From: an uncultured Candidatus Binatia bacterium
GTDB taxonomy: Bacteria; Desulfobacterota; Binatia; Bin18
DNA length: 64,000 bases
Direction: 5' to 3'
Assembly (NCBI GenBank): GCA_965200965.1
Contig: OZ241744.1
Location: 672,001-736,000 of the forward strand
This document shows, one piece after another, positions 29,765-39,476 of this stretch. The notes beneath the pieces were generated by a model. That model was not told the DNA's origin. It did no database searches and saw nothing but the letters and a program-made list of their open reading frames with translations. Positions within the stretch are counted from its first letter, which is position 1; each line of letters starts with the position of its first letter. The position numbers were made by a program, and so were the translations under genes.

Positions 29765-30215
29765 TCCTATTTGCTTCCAACTCTTTGCTGATAGTTGCCC
29801 GGAAGAACCGCTTAGAGGAGTCGCTTGGCTCATCACGCCTGACGATATTGCGACCGGGCAACACGGCGCTCAGTGTCTTGCACTGCTCCATATCCCGTAT
29901 TTCGGCAGGACCCGGGATATAGTTGCGCGGGATGTCCCGTATCGCCTGTAGCTTGATGACGATGGCCGCCAGGTTGAATAGGGCGGCCTCCGCGCCTGGG
30001 TAGCCGTTCTGGACCGGATGGGTCACCGTCGAACCGTCAGTGGCAACCACACGCTTGATGTTGCCGGCACCGCGCTGCGGCTCCAGCTGGGCGGGCAGTT
30101 CGTGCGTCTCCTGTCTCGCGCTATGTTTGATTATACCCATAAACTCCTTGACGCTGCGGCTTTCTACCAGCCGCTGCAGGGAGTCGCCTCTGGCAAATTC
30201 ATTCTGGTAGGGCAT
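29765..30215 (-). pseudogene. NurA-like nuclease, 3'-truncated
   Basis: MPYQNEFA...VVATDGS...NGYPGAE; overlaps the herA stop. Confidence 0.6.
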
Positions 30216-31450
30216 ACGGTAGCTCCGGAGAGGCAGTGAACTTAGTGATTTGCACGGGTAAGGTGTATGGGCTGGACAAGGTACGGACTCTCAGAAAGCC
30301 GGTTTCGTTCACCTTGATAATGCTGGCGATGAAGTCGGCGAAGTCGTTGTACTTGTTCAATTCTCGGGTTTCGTCGGTGTTGTTGAGGTGAGCGATGAAC
30401 CAGTTTTCGGTGTTTTTCAGGATGTTGGACTGAATCGTGGACGGCTCCTGAGTGGAATAGACCAAGCCGATGTTGAACTTAGTACCCTCTTTTGCGACGC
30501 GTGCCCAGATATTTGTAGTGTCGGTCTCGCTTCCTCTGGGCAGCAAGGTGTGGGCTTCCTCCACATAGATGATGACGGGGGGCGGCTTTTTTACTTCACC
30601 GGAAGCCTCATCAGTTTCCGGCTTAACGAAAGCCTGTTGCTGGGCTGTGAATATGCCGCTCATAATGCGATCAGCGGCTTGCTTGTTCATATCGGGGTCG
30701 CCCAACGCCTGGTCGAATATTACCAACCGTCCGGCACGGATATGAGCAATAATATCGTCAACGTAATCGGTGTTCGAGTTCAAGCTATGCCACTGCCGGG
30801 TTCGCTGGATGATAGCCGGTCCCCTGGTATTCTCAAAGATACGCAGCAGTCCCAAGAAGCGGTTGTCGGACCAGTTTCGGTCGGTCGCATAGTCTCTGTC
30901 GAATTTCCTGAAAGCTGACCCACCAACCCATTCAGAGAGATCTTGGCAGAAATTGCCCGCTTTATCCCAGGACATTTCAGTGTGCCGTGCCAAATGCTCG
31001 GCGTATTGCTTCATTGATTGTTCACTCAGCATCGCCTTGCGGATTTTTTCGCCGAACAGACCATCAACGCTGATGCCGCTTTCTGGTCTTTCAAATCCGG
31101 CGACGGCTAGGACTGCACTTGTACACGAATAAAGCCCGGCGATAGCGGATGTTGACACTATGGGTGTCGGCGTCCGGTGGTGCCGTGATGTCGGCACTAA
31201 TAAAGCTCTTGATATAGCCTCCGGTTTCCTCTCGGAGAGCTTCGTTGATGATTTGCTTGCCTTGGTAGAGGCTGTGAAGAGCTTCGTCTAACTCCCGTTT
31301 GCCGGCGTTTTTGATGCGAGGCATCGCATCGCCGAAAAAGTTGAATTTGGTGATCTTGCGGTCTGGGTCATTAGGGTGCGGTTGCAGCCCATAGGTTACA
31401 ACGTCATCGCCAAGACCGTCTCTTATGTTGGATATATTTCGCAGGCATCC
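30199..31450 (-). pseudogene. HerA/FtsK-like ATPase, 5'-truncated and frameshifted
   Basis: IIYVEEAHTLLP, VAKEG.KFNIGLVYSTQEPS, NTENWF; Walker A absent. Confidence 0.75.
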
Positions 31451-31454
31451 CCTG

Positions 31455-32662
31455 ACCACGGACTCGGGGCGTGTCCTGGTGCGGCTAAGAGCATGGCCCT
31501 GTTTGAGCTGGACGCGGTATGTGAGGCGATCCTGCACTACGGCCAAGTCCGCCCGGCGTGCAGCCTTGATCACCTGACCGCGGCGCTGGCTGGCCGGTTT
31601 TCGGCTGAGGAAGTCGCTGAAACGGTCCGGGAGTTTATCCGCCTGCACCTCATTTGAGCCCAACCCTCCAGCCCCGCCGGTGTTGATGCCTGTACTGGAT
31701 GTTGAGCAGTTTCCGGTCAGCTCGCTAGTCGTTAACGTTGCCAACAAATGCAACCTCCACTGCACCTACTGCTATGAGCCGGAGGAAGCCAAATACGGCC
31801 CCGCGCCGGTCCAGATGGACTGGCCAACGGCCCAGGCCAGCGTTGATTTTCTGTTCCAAAATCGGGTCAGAGCAGGGAGGTCAACCTGATTTTTTTGGTG
31901 GCGAGGCGCTGCTGAACTTCAAGCTGATGCGCCAAGTGGTGGCACCCAGCTTGGAACATCTGTTTGAGCGGCTGTACCGCCCGCCCGGTGGTGGCGCGGG
32001 TCACGGTGACGAAAGACGCGAGCGATATTCTCCGGACGTATGAGCACCTGACCGGCTTGGGCTTTTTTGAGGTCGGATTTTCTCCGGTCACAGCCACCAT
32101 CGGTCCCGACTACGAGTTAGCATCAGCTGATTTGCACGAGGTATTGGCCGGTTTTCGACAGCTCGGCAGCCTGTACGTTGAGCGAGCCGGGCAGGGCCGC
32201 TACACCGACTTCTCTAATCTGAGCACCCTGTTGACCGATATCCATGTCGGAACCAACAAGTTTTTTCCGTGTGGGGCTGGGCTGGGTCTGCTGGATGTGG
32301 ACGGCAATGGCGATGTGTATCGGTGCCACCGTTTCCCTGGCAGTGAAGAGCATACCTACGGCAACATGAAAGATGGGCTGGACTACGGCCGGCTGAATGC
32401 GTTTGTCAACAAGGTCCACCTGGGCAACAAAACGGTGTGTCAGACCTGCTGGGTACGCGGGCTGTGTGGGGGCGGGTGTTATCATGAGGCCCTGACCCGG
32501 TTTGGCGACGCCCTCCACCCCCACCTGCACTACTGCGACTTTCTGAGAGCCTGGACAGAGTACGGCCTCCGGGTCTATATGGAGTTGCAGCGCACCGCCC
32601 CCGGCTTTGTGGAGCGCTATGTGCTGCGGGGCAGGGCAGACGCGCCCAAGGAACTGACGTGA
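31455..32662 (+). pseudogene. qhpD: Radical SAM/SPASM thioether maturase QhpD, disrupted
   Basis: CNLHCTYC, FFGGE, PCGAG...CHRF, CQTCWVRGLCGGGCYH; stop at 31655, frameshifts and an internal deletion. Confidence 0.85.
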
Positions 32663-32673
32663 AGGAGATGCTG

Positions 32674-32985
32674 ATGAAACATCTGAAGCCACGCAACCAC
32701 AAGGCCGAACGGGCCGCTGCCCAAGCGCAGGACGACCTTGTCGGCATGAACCAGCCGGTCGGCTGCACAACGATCTTCAACCCCGGTTGGGAGCCAACCT
32801 GTGGGGGGACGAGCAGTATGTGCGCCCCGGTTGAGGCCGATCTGCTGAGCTGCGCCAATGTGTGTTGGTGGCCGGCCCAGGTGCCGGATAGCTTACAGAA
32901 TACCCCCGAGTGGGCCAAAGCCTGTTCGGGCTCGACCCAGGAAGACTGGAGGAGCCTGGAAGTCGTCTTTCCCAAAATCGACTGA
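32674..32985 (+). CDS. qhpC: Quinohemoprotein amine dehydrogenase gamma subunit (CTQ precursor)
   Basis: MKHLKP leader; GCTT.F.PGWE, C.P.EADL..C...CWWPAQVPD, DWR.L..VFP. Confidence 0.92.
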   Translation: MKHLKPRNHKAERAAAQAQDDLVGMNQPVGCTTIFNPGWEPTCGGTSSMCAPVEADLLSCANVCWWPAQVPDSLQNTPEWAKACSGSTQEDWRSLEVVFPKID

Positions 32986-33027
32986 ACCCCGTCGGGCGAG
33001 GGCGAGCCAGTACTGAAAGGGAATCGG

Positions 33028-34104
33028 ATGCGCTTGTGTCAGGCTTTGCTGGCCTGCCTCGTGCTTGTTGGCCTGCCACACACGGCCTGGGCAAAGTGGT
33101 ATCTGCTGGCCTCGGTCCATCCCAACAACCTGGTCGTGATTGATACCGAGACCGATAGGGTAGTGCAGAATATCGGGCTGGAGGGGCGTGGCCCGGCCCT
33201 CAACATCGCGCCTAATCCCGCCCATCCGCAGTACGCCTATGTGGTGAACAATTTGTCGCAGAGCGTGGCCCTGGTTGATCTTGACGAGGGCAAACAGGTC
33301 ACGAGTTTCTGGCTCTCCAGTGATACTGAGTTGGTCCGCACAATGGCGATCGACGTCAGCGCTCAGGGTGACCGGCTGTTCGTTCACGAGAGGCCGCTGC
33401 AAAAAGACCAGGGCAGTTACGCGGCACTCGACAACCGTATCCGGGTCATTGACCTCAACACCCAGCAGACCGTGCGGACCTTTCCCGCCCCCCGCCAGGT
33501 CATGTCGCTGGCCTCGTCCAAAGACGGCGGCCGGCTGTACGTTTTCAGCGTTGGTCAGGATATCTTTGTGTACGATACCGAAACCGGGCACCAGCTTGAC
33601 CGCCTGCCTCTGCTGAATCGGAATATCACCGGGCTCGGGCGGACCGACGGCCTGCCGCTCGTCAACCCCTACCAGGAGCACGGCTATCTGGTCTCTTTTG
33701 GAACGTTTGTCACCGATACGATTACCGGACAGGTCACGCTCAGCATGGCCTCCCTGGACCTCAGTGCGGCGGATCCCGAGGTTGAGGTAGTTGAATTTCA
33801 GCCCTTCGCCCCGGAGTCCTGTGTGTTGACCGGGGCGCTGTCGCCTACGACCGGAAAAGCCTATTTTGCTTATAACCGCCTGTGGCGGGTCAACCCTCAG
33901 ACCCGTCGTATCGAAAAGAGCAGCCCACTGCCCAATGCCTATTTCACGCCGCTCATCCATCCTCAGGGCACCAAGCTCTACTGTGGTAGCAACTGGCACG
34001 ATGTGGCTGTCTTTGATGCTGAGAGCCTGGAGTTGCTCACCAAAATTGAGCTTGGTGCCACCCAGACCGGCGGGGGCCATGTGCTCCGGTTTGTGGAGCG
34101 CTAG
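33028..34104 (+). CDS. qhpB: Quinohemoprotein amine dehydrogenase beta subunit (beta-propeller)
   Basis: Signal peptide, PNNLVVID, FPAPRQ; position after qhpC. Confidence 0.8.
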   Translation: MRLCQALLACLVLVGLPHTAWAKWYLLASVHPNNLVVIDTETDRVVQNIGLEGRGPALNIAPNPAHPQYAYVVNNLSQSVALVDLDEGKQVTSFWLSSDTELVRTMAIDVSAQGDRLFVHERPLQKDQGSYAALDNRIRVIDLNTQQTVRTFPAPRQVMSLASSKDGGRLYVFSVGQDIFVYDTETGHQLDRLPLLNRNITGLGRTDGLPLVNPYQEHGYLVSFGTFVTDTITGQVTLSMASLDLSAADPEVEVVEFQPFAPESCVLTGALSPTTGKAYFAYNRLWRVNPQTRRIEKSSPLPNAYFTPLIHPQGTKLYCGSNWHDVAVFDAESLELLTKIELGATQTGGGHVLRFVER

Positions 34105-34145
34105 CCCTCGGCGTCTGGACCTTTCCTGTTGAGAAGGACGCCCCA

Positions 34146-34775
34146 GTGCAGCGCAAGGTTTCCCGTCGCGAGCTGCTCCAAAGCACCGGGGCCGCTTTTG
34201 TCTTGGCCCAGGCCGCGGCCGAGCCTCTGCCCGCGGCCTCGCCCGCCTTTGCCGCGGTTGTCAAACGCCGGGCGATGATTCGGGCCTACACGGCTGAGCC
34301 GGTTCCAGAGGAGCTCATTCAACGGCTGCTCGCCTATGCGGTGCGTGCGCCGAGCGCGGGCAATCTTCAGCCCTGGGAGTTTGTGGTTGTCCAGGACCCC
34401 GAGGTACGCGCTCAGCTGGCCGCCGCTGCCTTCGGCCAGACCTCGGTGGCAACCGCTCCGCTGATTATTGCGACCTGCGCCGACACGCAGCGCATGGGAA
34501 GACGGTATGGCCGCCGCGGGAATTTTTATAGTCTGGTCGACACCGCGTTTGCCTCCTTGCTGATTTTGCTAGGCGTTGTGGAACAGGGCTTGGGGGCCTG
34601 TTTTGTGGGTGCTTATAACCCGGTCGAAGTGGCAAGAGTGCTGGGCCTGCCCGACCGGGTGCGGCCGGTCGGGCTGATTACGATTGGCTATCCGGCCGAG
34701 CGACCCGGCAAACCGTCCACTCCAAAGCTCCCTCTCCACGCGCTCGTCCATCGCAACACTTGGCACGGACAATAG
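34146..34775 (+). CDS. Nitroreductase family protein with Tat-like signal
   Basis: SRRELL; APSAGNLQPWEF; GLGACFVG. Confidence 0.85.
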   Translation: MQRKVSRRELLQSTGAAFVLAQAAAEPLPAASPAFAAVVKRRAMIRAYTAEPVPEELIQRLLAYAVRAPSAGNLQPWEFVVVQDPEVRAQLAAAAFGQTSVATAPLIIATCADTQRMGRRYGRRGNFYSLVDTAFASLLILLGVVEQGLGACFVGAYNPVEVARVLGLPDRVRPVGLITIGYPAERPGKPSTPKLPLHALVHRNTWHGQ

Positions 34776-34784
34776 AGGACTGCT

Positions 34785-35249
34785 ATGGCCTGCGATCTGC
34801 TCTGCAAAGGCGGTGAAGTCATTGACCCGGGCTGGCCGTTTCGGGGCAGAGCCGACATGGCGATTCACCACGGCCGGATTGCCGCGGTAGAGCCGGATAT
34901 TGCCGAGTCCGAGGCGGTGCGGGTCCGGGATGTCATCGGCGGGCTGGTGTGTCCCAGCCTGATTGATTTGCACGCCCATGTCTTTGTCAACGCCCACGTC
35001 ATGGGCAGCGAAACCGACCACCGCTGCGCGGCAAGTGGGGTGATGACGATTCTTGACGCTGGGAGTGCCGGTTCGGCGACGTTTCCGGGGCTGCGTCAGT
35101 CGGTCGCCGACCGCAGCTAGGCGGTGTACGGTGAGTTTGATTTTGTCGTTACCGACCAGAACCATATGACCGGTCGGCAGCGGTTGGCGAGCCGGCTGAC
35201 GGTCAAAGACGGACGGGTCTGGTATCAGGAGCGGTTGACCGCGCGCTGA
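34785..35249 (+). pseudogene. Dihydroorotase-like amidohydrolase with large internal deletion
   Basis: GGEVIDP, IDLHAH and DAGSAG followed directly by a C-terminal LTVKDGRV segment. Confidence 0.7.
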
Positions 35250-35298
35250 AGCCACCGGGCTACGCCGCGTTGCCCAGCGCATTTGAAAGGAGGAGTCT

Positions 35299-35760
35299 AT
35301 GGCCGGCAAACATTTTGAGGAACTGCACGTCGGAGATGTCTTTCACCACCAGCCGGGACGCACAATTACTGAGACTGACAACCTGCTGTTCACGACCATG
35401 ACCATGAACCCCCAGCCCCTGCACCTCGACGCCGAGTTTTCCAAAAAGGCCGAGTTCGGCCAGCGGCTGGTCAACAGCCTGTTTACCCTCGGCCTGACCG
35501 TCGGCCTGTCGGTCGGCGATACCACCCTGGGCACGACGGTTGGCAATCTCGGCTTTGAAGAGGTCACGTTTCCCAAGCCGGTGTTCATCGGCGATACGCT
35601 GTACGCCGAGACCGAGGTAGTGGAAAAGCGTGCATCCAAGTCGCGCCCGCAGTGGGGTATTGTCATCTTTGAGCACCGGGCCACCAACCAGCGGGATGAG
35701 GTGGTTATGCGCTGCCGGCGGGCCGGTATGCTGCGCAAAAAAGAAGCTGCAGTGAACTGA
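35299..35760 (+). CDS. MaoC-family dehydratase
   Basis: [28 protein letters not shown]. Confidence 0.92.
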   Translation: MAGKHFEELHVGDVFHHQPGRTITETDNLLFTTMTMNPQPLHLDAEFSKKAEFGQRLVNSLFTLGLTVGLSVGDTTLGTTVGNLGFEEVTFPKPVFIGDTLYAETEVVEKRASKSRPQWGIVIFEHRATNQRDEVVMRCRRAGMLRKKEAAVN

Positions 35761-35839
35761 AGAGAGTGGCGGCCGCTATCCTGTAACCTTTGGCTCCGAC
35801 GGGGAGGCGAGCTATGGCCTGCCGTCGTGAGGCACGGCC

Positions 35840-37240
35840 ATGATCGGCATCACCAGCTGTGGCTACCACATCCCCTTTTTTCGCCTCGAACGCGAGCAGA
35901 TCGGCTACGCCTGGGCGCGCCGTCCTGGCCGGGGCGAGCGGGCGGCGATCTATTTTGACGAGGACGCGCTGACGCTGGGCGTGGAAGCCGCCCAGCGCTG
36001 TCTTGAGGACAGAGGCAAGACCTGCATTGATGGGGTGTACTTTGCCTCAAGCTCGGCCCCGTTCCGCCAGCGTTCTTCGGCCAGCCTTCTGGCCGCGGCC
36101 TGCGACCTGCGGCCGGAATGCGAAACGGCCGATTTTGGTGCCAGCCTTCGCTCGGCCACTGCTGCCCTGCGCGCCGGCCTCGATGCGATTGGCAGCCGGC
36201 GTCTGTCGCAGGTCTTGATCGCCGCCGGCGAGGTTCGTGATGGACAGCCCGGCGAAGGCGCAGAAGACTGGTTTGGTGACGCCGGCAGCGCGGTCACGCT
36301 CGGCCGCGACAGCGTGATCGCCGAAATTCTTGCCACGGCCTCGCAGTCGGACGCTTTTCTGGACGAATGGCGGCGGGACAGCGATGCATTTATCCACACC
36401 CAGGCGTCGCGCTTCAGTGCTGAGCACGGCTACCAGGCCAGTGTCGTCGCCGTCGGCACCCGGCTGCTGGACTGCCTGGGGATCGGGCCACAGGACTGCA
36501 CCAAGCTGATTCTGCCCTCCCCGGACGGCCGGGCGCATATGGATGCGGCCAAACAGCTTGGCTTTCACGACGCCCAAATCCAGGACCCGCTGTTCAGCCA
36601 AGTCGGTGCCTGTGGCAGCCCCGCCCCGTTTTTGCTGCTGGCCGCGGCCCTTGAGAGCGCCAGGGCCGGAGACCATCTCGTAGTGCTCGGCTATGGCGAC
36701 GGGGCCGACGGTTTTGTGCTGCGGGTAACTGACGCGATCAAGACCCATTCTGTGGCCCAGTCCCTCTCCGACCACCTGAGCGAAAAGCGCCTGTACCCCT
36801 CCTACCAGCTCTTCAAAAAGATGCGGACGTATTACGCCGAACACGCCGACGGCCCCGATCTGTCGAATGTCTTTCTGGCCAAAGAGGACCGCCAGAATAT
36901 CCGTCTGTACGGCTCGCAGTGCCCACGCTGCGGGACCCGACAGTATCCTCTCGCCCGCGTCTGCATCGCCTGCCACAACCACGACTCGCTGCAAGAAGTT
37001 CCCCTGGCCCGCAGCGGGCAGGTCTTTACCTTCACCCGCGACCATCTGTACCAGGCCGCCGACTCTCCGACGATCATGAGCGTGGTTGATCTCGATGGGG
37101 GCGGTCGGCTCTACCTCCAGATGACCGATGTTGACCCCGAGGAGGTGCGGGTCGGGGATAGCGTCGTACTCAGCCTGCGCCGGCGCAAAGAAGGCCCGAC
37201 CATGCACCACTACTATTGGAAGTGCCGGCCGCCGCGCTGA
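35840..37240 (+). CDS. HMG-CoA-synthase-like/DUF35 (Zn-ribbon OB-fold) fusion
   Basis: DEDALTLGVEAA, GYGDGAD; C-terminal CPRC...CIAC and OB-fold. Confidence 0.8.
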   Translation: MIGITSCGYHIPFFRLEREQIGYAWARRPGRGERAAIYFDEDALTLGVEAAQRCLEDRGKTCIDGVYFASSSAPFRQRSSASLLAAACDLRPECETADFGASLRSATAALRAGLDAIGSRRLSQVLIAAGEVRDGQPGEGAEDWFGDAGSAVTLGRDSVIAEILATASQSDAFLDEWRRDSDAFIHTQASRFSAEHGYQASVVAVGTRLLDCLGIGPQDCTKLILPSPDGRAHMDAAKQLGFHDAQIQDPLFSQVGACGSPAPFLLLAAALESARAGDHLVVLGYGDGADGFVLRVTDAIKTHSVAQSLSDHLSEKRLYPSYQLFKKMRTYYAEHADGPDLSNVFLAKEDRQNIRLYGSQCPRCGTRQYPLARVCIACHNHDSLQEVPLARSGQVFTFTRDHLYQAADSPTIMSVVDLDGGGRLYLQMTDVDPEEVRVGDSVVLSLRRRKEGPTMHHYYWKCRPPR

Positions 37241-37259
37241 GTTTTGGGACAGGGACGGG

Positions 37260-38567
37260 ATGACCGAGAGGAAGCCCCACGCCGGCCGGTGGATGCGGTC
37301 GGCCTTGGCTGCACCGTGGGCTATGGCGTCCTCGCTGTGCTGGTGCGCCAAGCCGGCGATCCCGATCTGTCTGTCTTCTTCGCACTGGTTGTCTGGACCG
37401 GCTTGCCGGTGTTCGGCCTCTACCTGTCCTGCTGCCGGCGCGGGTAGGCGTTTCCGGTCGGCCGGCTGCTCTTCTGGGCGGCGGCGTTCAGGATATGCAG
37501 GCTGCTCGGAGGTCCCTTCTTTGAGGACGACTTCTACCGCTACCTGTGGGACGGCTACCGCTTTGCCACAGCCGGACACCGTATAGGGCCGTGCTGGCAG
37601 AGTTTTTTGTTGACCCCGAGGTTCCGGCGAACTTTTACGGTGTGCTGGACCGGATCAATCATCCTGAGCTGCCGACCATATACGGCCCGACAACACAGGG
37701 TGTCTTTCTGCTGGGCTACTGGCTGCGGCCGGGGAGTATTGTCGCCTTGCAGACCCTCCTGACCCTGGTGGACTTTGCGACCATCGGGCTGCTGCTGAGC
37801 CTAGCCTCGGCTGGGCAGGTCATGCTGCGCTTGGTGTCCGCTGGTGGTCAAGGAAGTCGCCTTCACCGCCCACCCGGACGGCCTTGGCGGGTGTCTGGTA
37901 CTGGCCGCGCTGGCGCTGGCCCGATCCCGGCGCTGGGCGGGTACCGTGGCCTGCCTGGGACTGGCCGTGGGCGCAAAGTATACTCGCCCTGGTCGTGGCA
38001 CCGCTGGTGCTGATCAGGGCCAGTCTCCGCCCACTGGCTGCTGTTTGTGGCCACGCTGGCCGCGGTCTATGCGCCCTTTGTCCTGACCGGCGCAACAGAC
38101 TTTGCCTCCCTGCTGGTCTTCGCCCGGGAGTGGGAGTTCAATTCGGCCGTCTTTGAGTCCTGCCGAGTGGTGAGGCCCGGCTGCTGCTGGGTCTGGCCTG
38201 CGCCGTGTTCGGGGGCTGGTACGCTGTGCGCTACTGGGCCGACTGCCGCGGCCTGCCACGCGGGGACTGGCTGTACGGCCTGCTGCTGGCGCTGTCACCG
38301 GTCATCAATCCGTGGTATCTGCTGTGGCTGCTGCCCTTTGCCGCGCTGTTTCCGAGCGCGTGGGCGTGGACCGCGGCCACCACCGCCTTCATCGCCTATG
38401 TCACCGGGCTTAACCTGGACGACCACAGTCTGCAAGCCTACCAGCAGCCGGCCTGGGTGCGGCCGCTGGAGTTCGGCCCGATCCTGCTGGCCCTGGTCTG
38501 GCCGGTGCTGAGGCGTGGCACGGCCCACCGCGTCAGCGAGAGTATCGCCGGCCGGCTTGGTCATTGA
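37260..38567 (+). pseudogene. GT-C/GT87-like membrane glycosyltransferase, fragmented
   Basis: EDDFYRYLWDG, INHPELPTIYGP, WEFNS and SPVINPWY in several frames. Confidence 0.75.
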
Positions 38568-38618
38568 CGCTTGGCCGACGCTTGACCTCCCCCGTCCCCT
38601 CATCTATGGACAGGGCAT

Positions 38619-39461
38619 ATGCCGCCAATCCACCTGACGCGCTCCTGGCTTCTGTCGGCTCTGCTCGGCCTGGTGCTGACGGCCGCCACCGCCACCGCCG
38701 CGCCCAACTCGGCAATGCTGCCGGGCTGGGACGCGAGCGTTGAGAGCAACGCCGAACAGATCGATCACAGCGCATGGCAGCGCCTCCTGGATGTTTACCT
38801 CAAAACCCACCCCTCGGGCATCAATCGCTTTGACTATGCTGCGCTCAAGGCTGATGCAAAAGACACCGCCAGGCTGGCCGGCTATCTCACCGCTCTGCAA
38901 GCGCTTGACCCCAGGCACTATGCCCGGGCCGAGCAGAAGGCATACTGGCTCAACTTCTATAATGCGCTGACTGTGCAGATCGTGGTGGACGCCTATCCGG
39001 TGGACTCCATCCGCAACATTCACCAGGGCTGGTTGCCCCTCAGCGGCCCCTGGGACGATGTGCATACCAAGGTTGCCGGTCAGCCCCTGACCCTGAACAA
39101 CATTGAGCATGGCATCCTGCGGCCTATCTGGCGGGACAAGCGGATCCATTATGCGGTCAACTGCGCCAGCTATGGCTGCCCGAATCTGTCTGCTACGGTG
39201 TTTACTGCGGCCAATACTGAGACGCTGCTTGAGGCCGCGGCCGGTACCTACGTCAACCATCCCCGGGGCGTGGCCTTTGTGGACGACGATTTCCTGGTGC
39301 TCTCGAGCATCTACGACTGGTATGTTGAGGACTTCGGCAACAGCGAAACGGCCGTGCTGGCCCACCTCGCACAGTATGCCGAGCCGGGGCTTGCCGCCCG
39401 TCTCAAGAGCTTTGCCGGGTCAATAGACTACGCATACGACTGGCGCTTGAACCAGCCCTGA
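38619..39461 (+). CDS. DUF547 protein
   Basis: AYWLNFYNA, LNNIEHGILR, RIHYAVNCASYGCP, YDWRLN. Confidence 0.9.
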   Translation: MPPIHLTRSWLLSALLGLVLTAATATAAPNSAMLPGWDASVESNAEQIDHSAWQRLLDVYLKTHPSGINRFDYAALKADAKDTARLAGYLTALQALDPRHYARAEQKAYWLNFYNALTVQIVVDAYPVDSIRNIHQGWLPLSGPWDDVHTKVAGQPLTLNNIEHGILRPIWRDKRIHYAVNCASYGCPNLSATVFTAANTETLLEAAAGTYVNHPRGVAFVDDDFLVLSSIYDWYVEDFGNSETAVLAHLAQYAEPGLAARLKSFAGSIDYAYDWRLNQP

Positions 39462-39476
39462 GACACTTGGCGCGGC

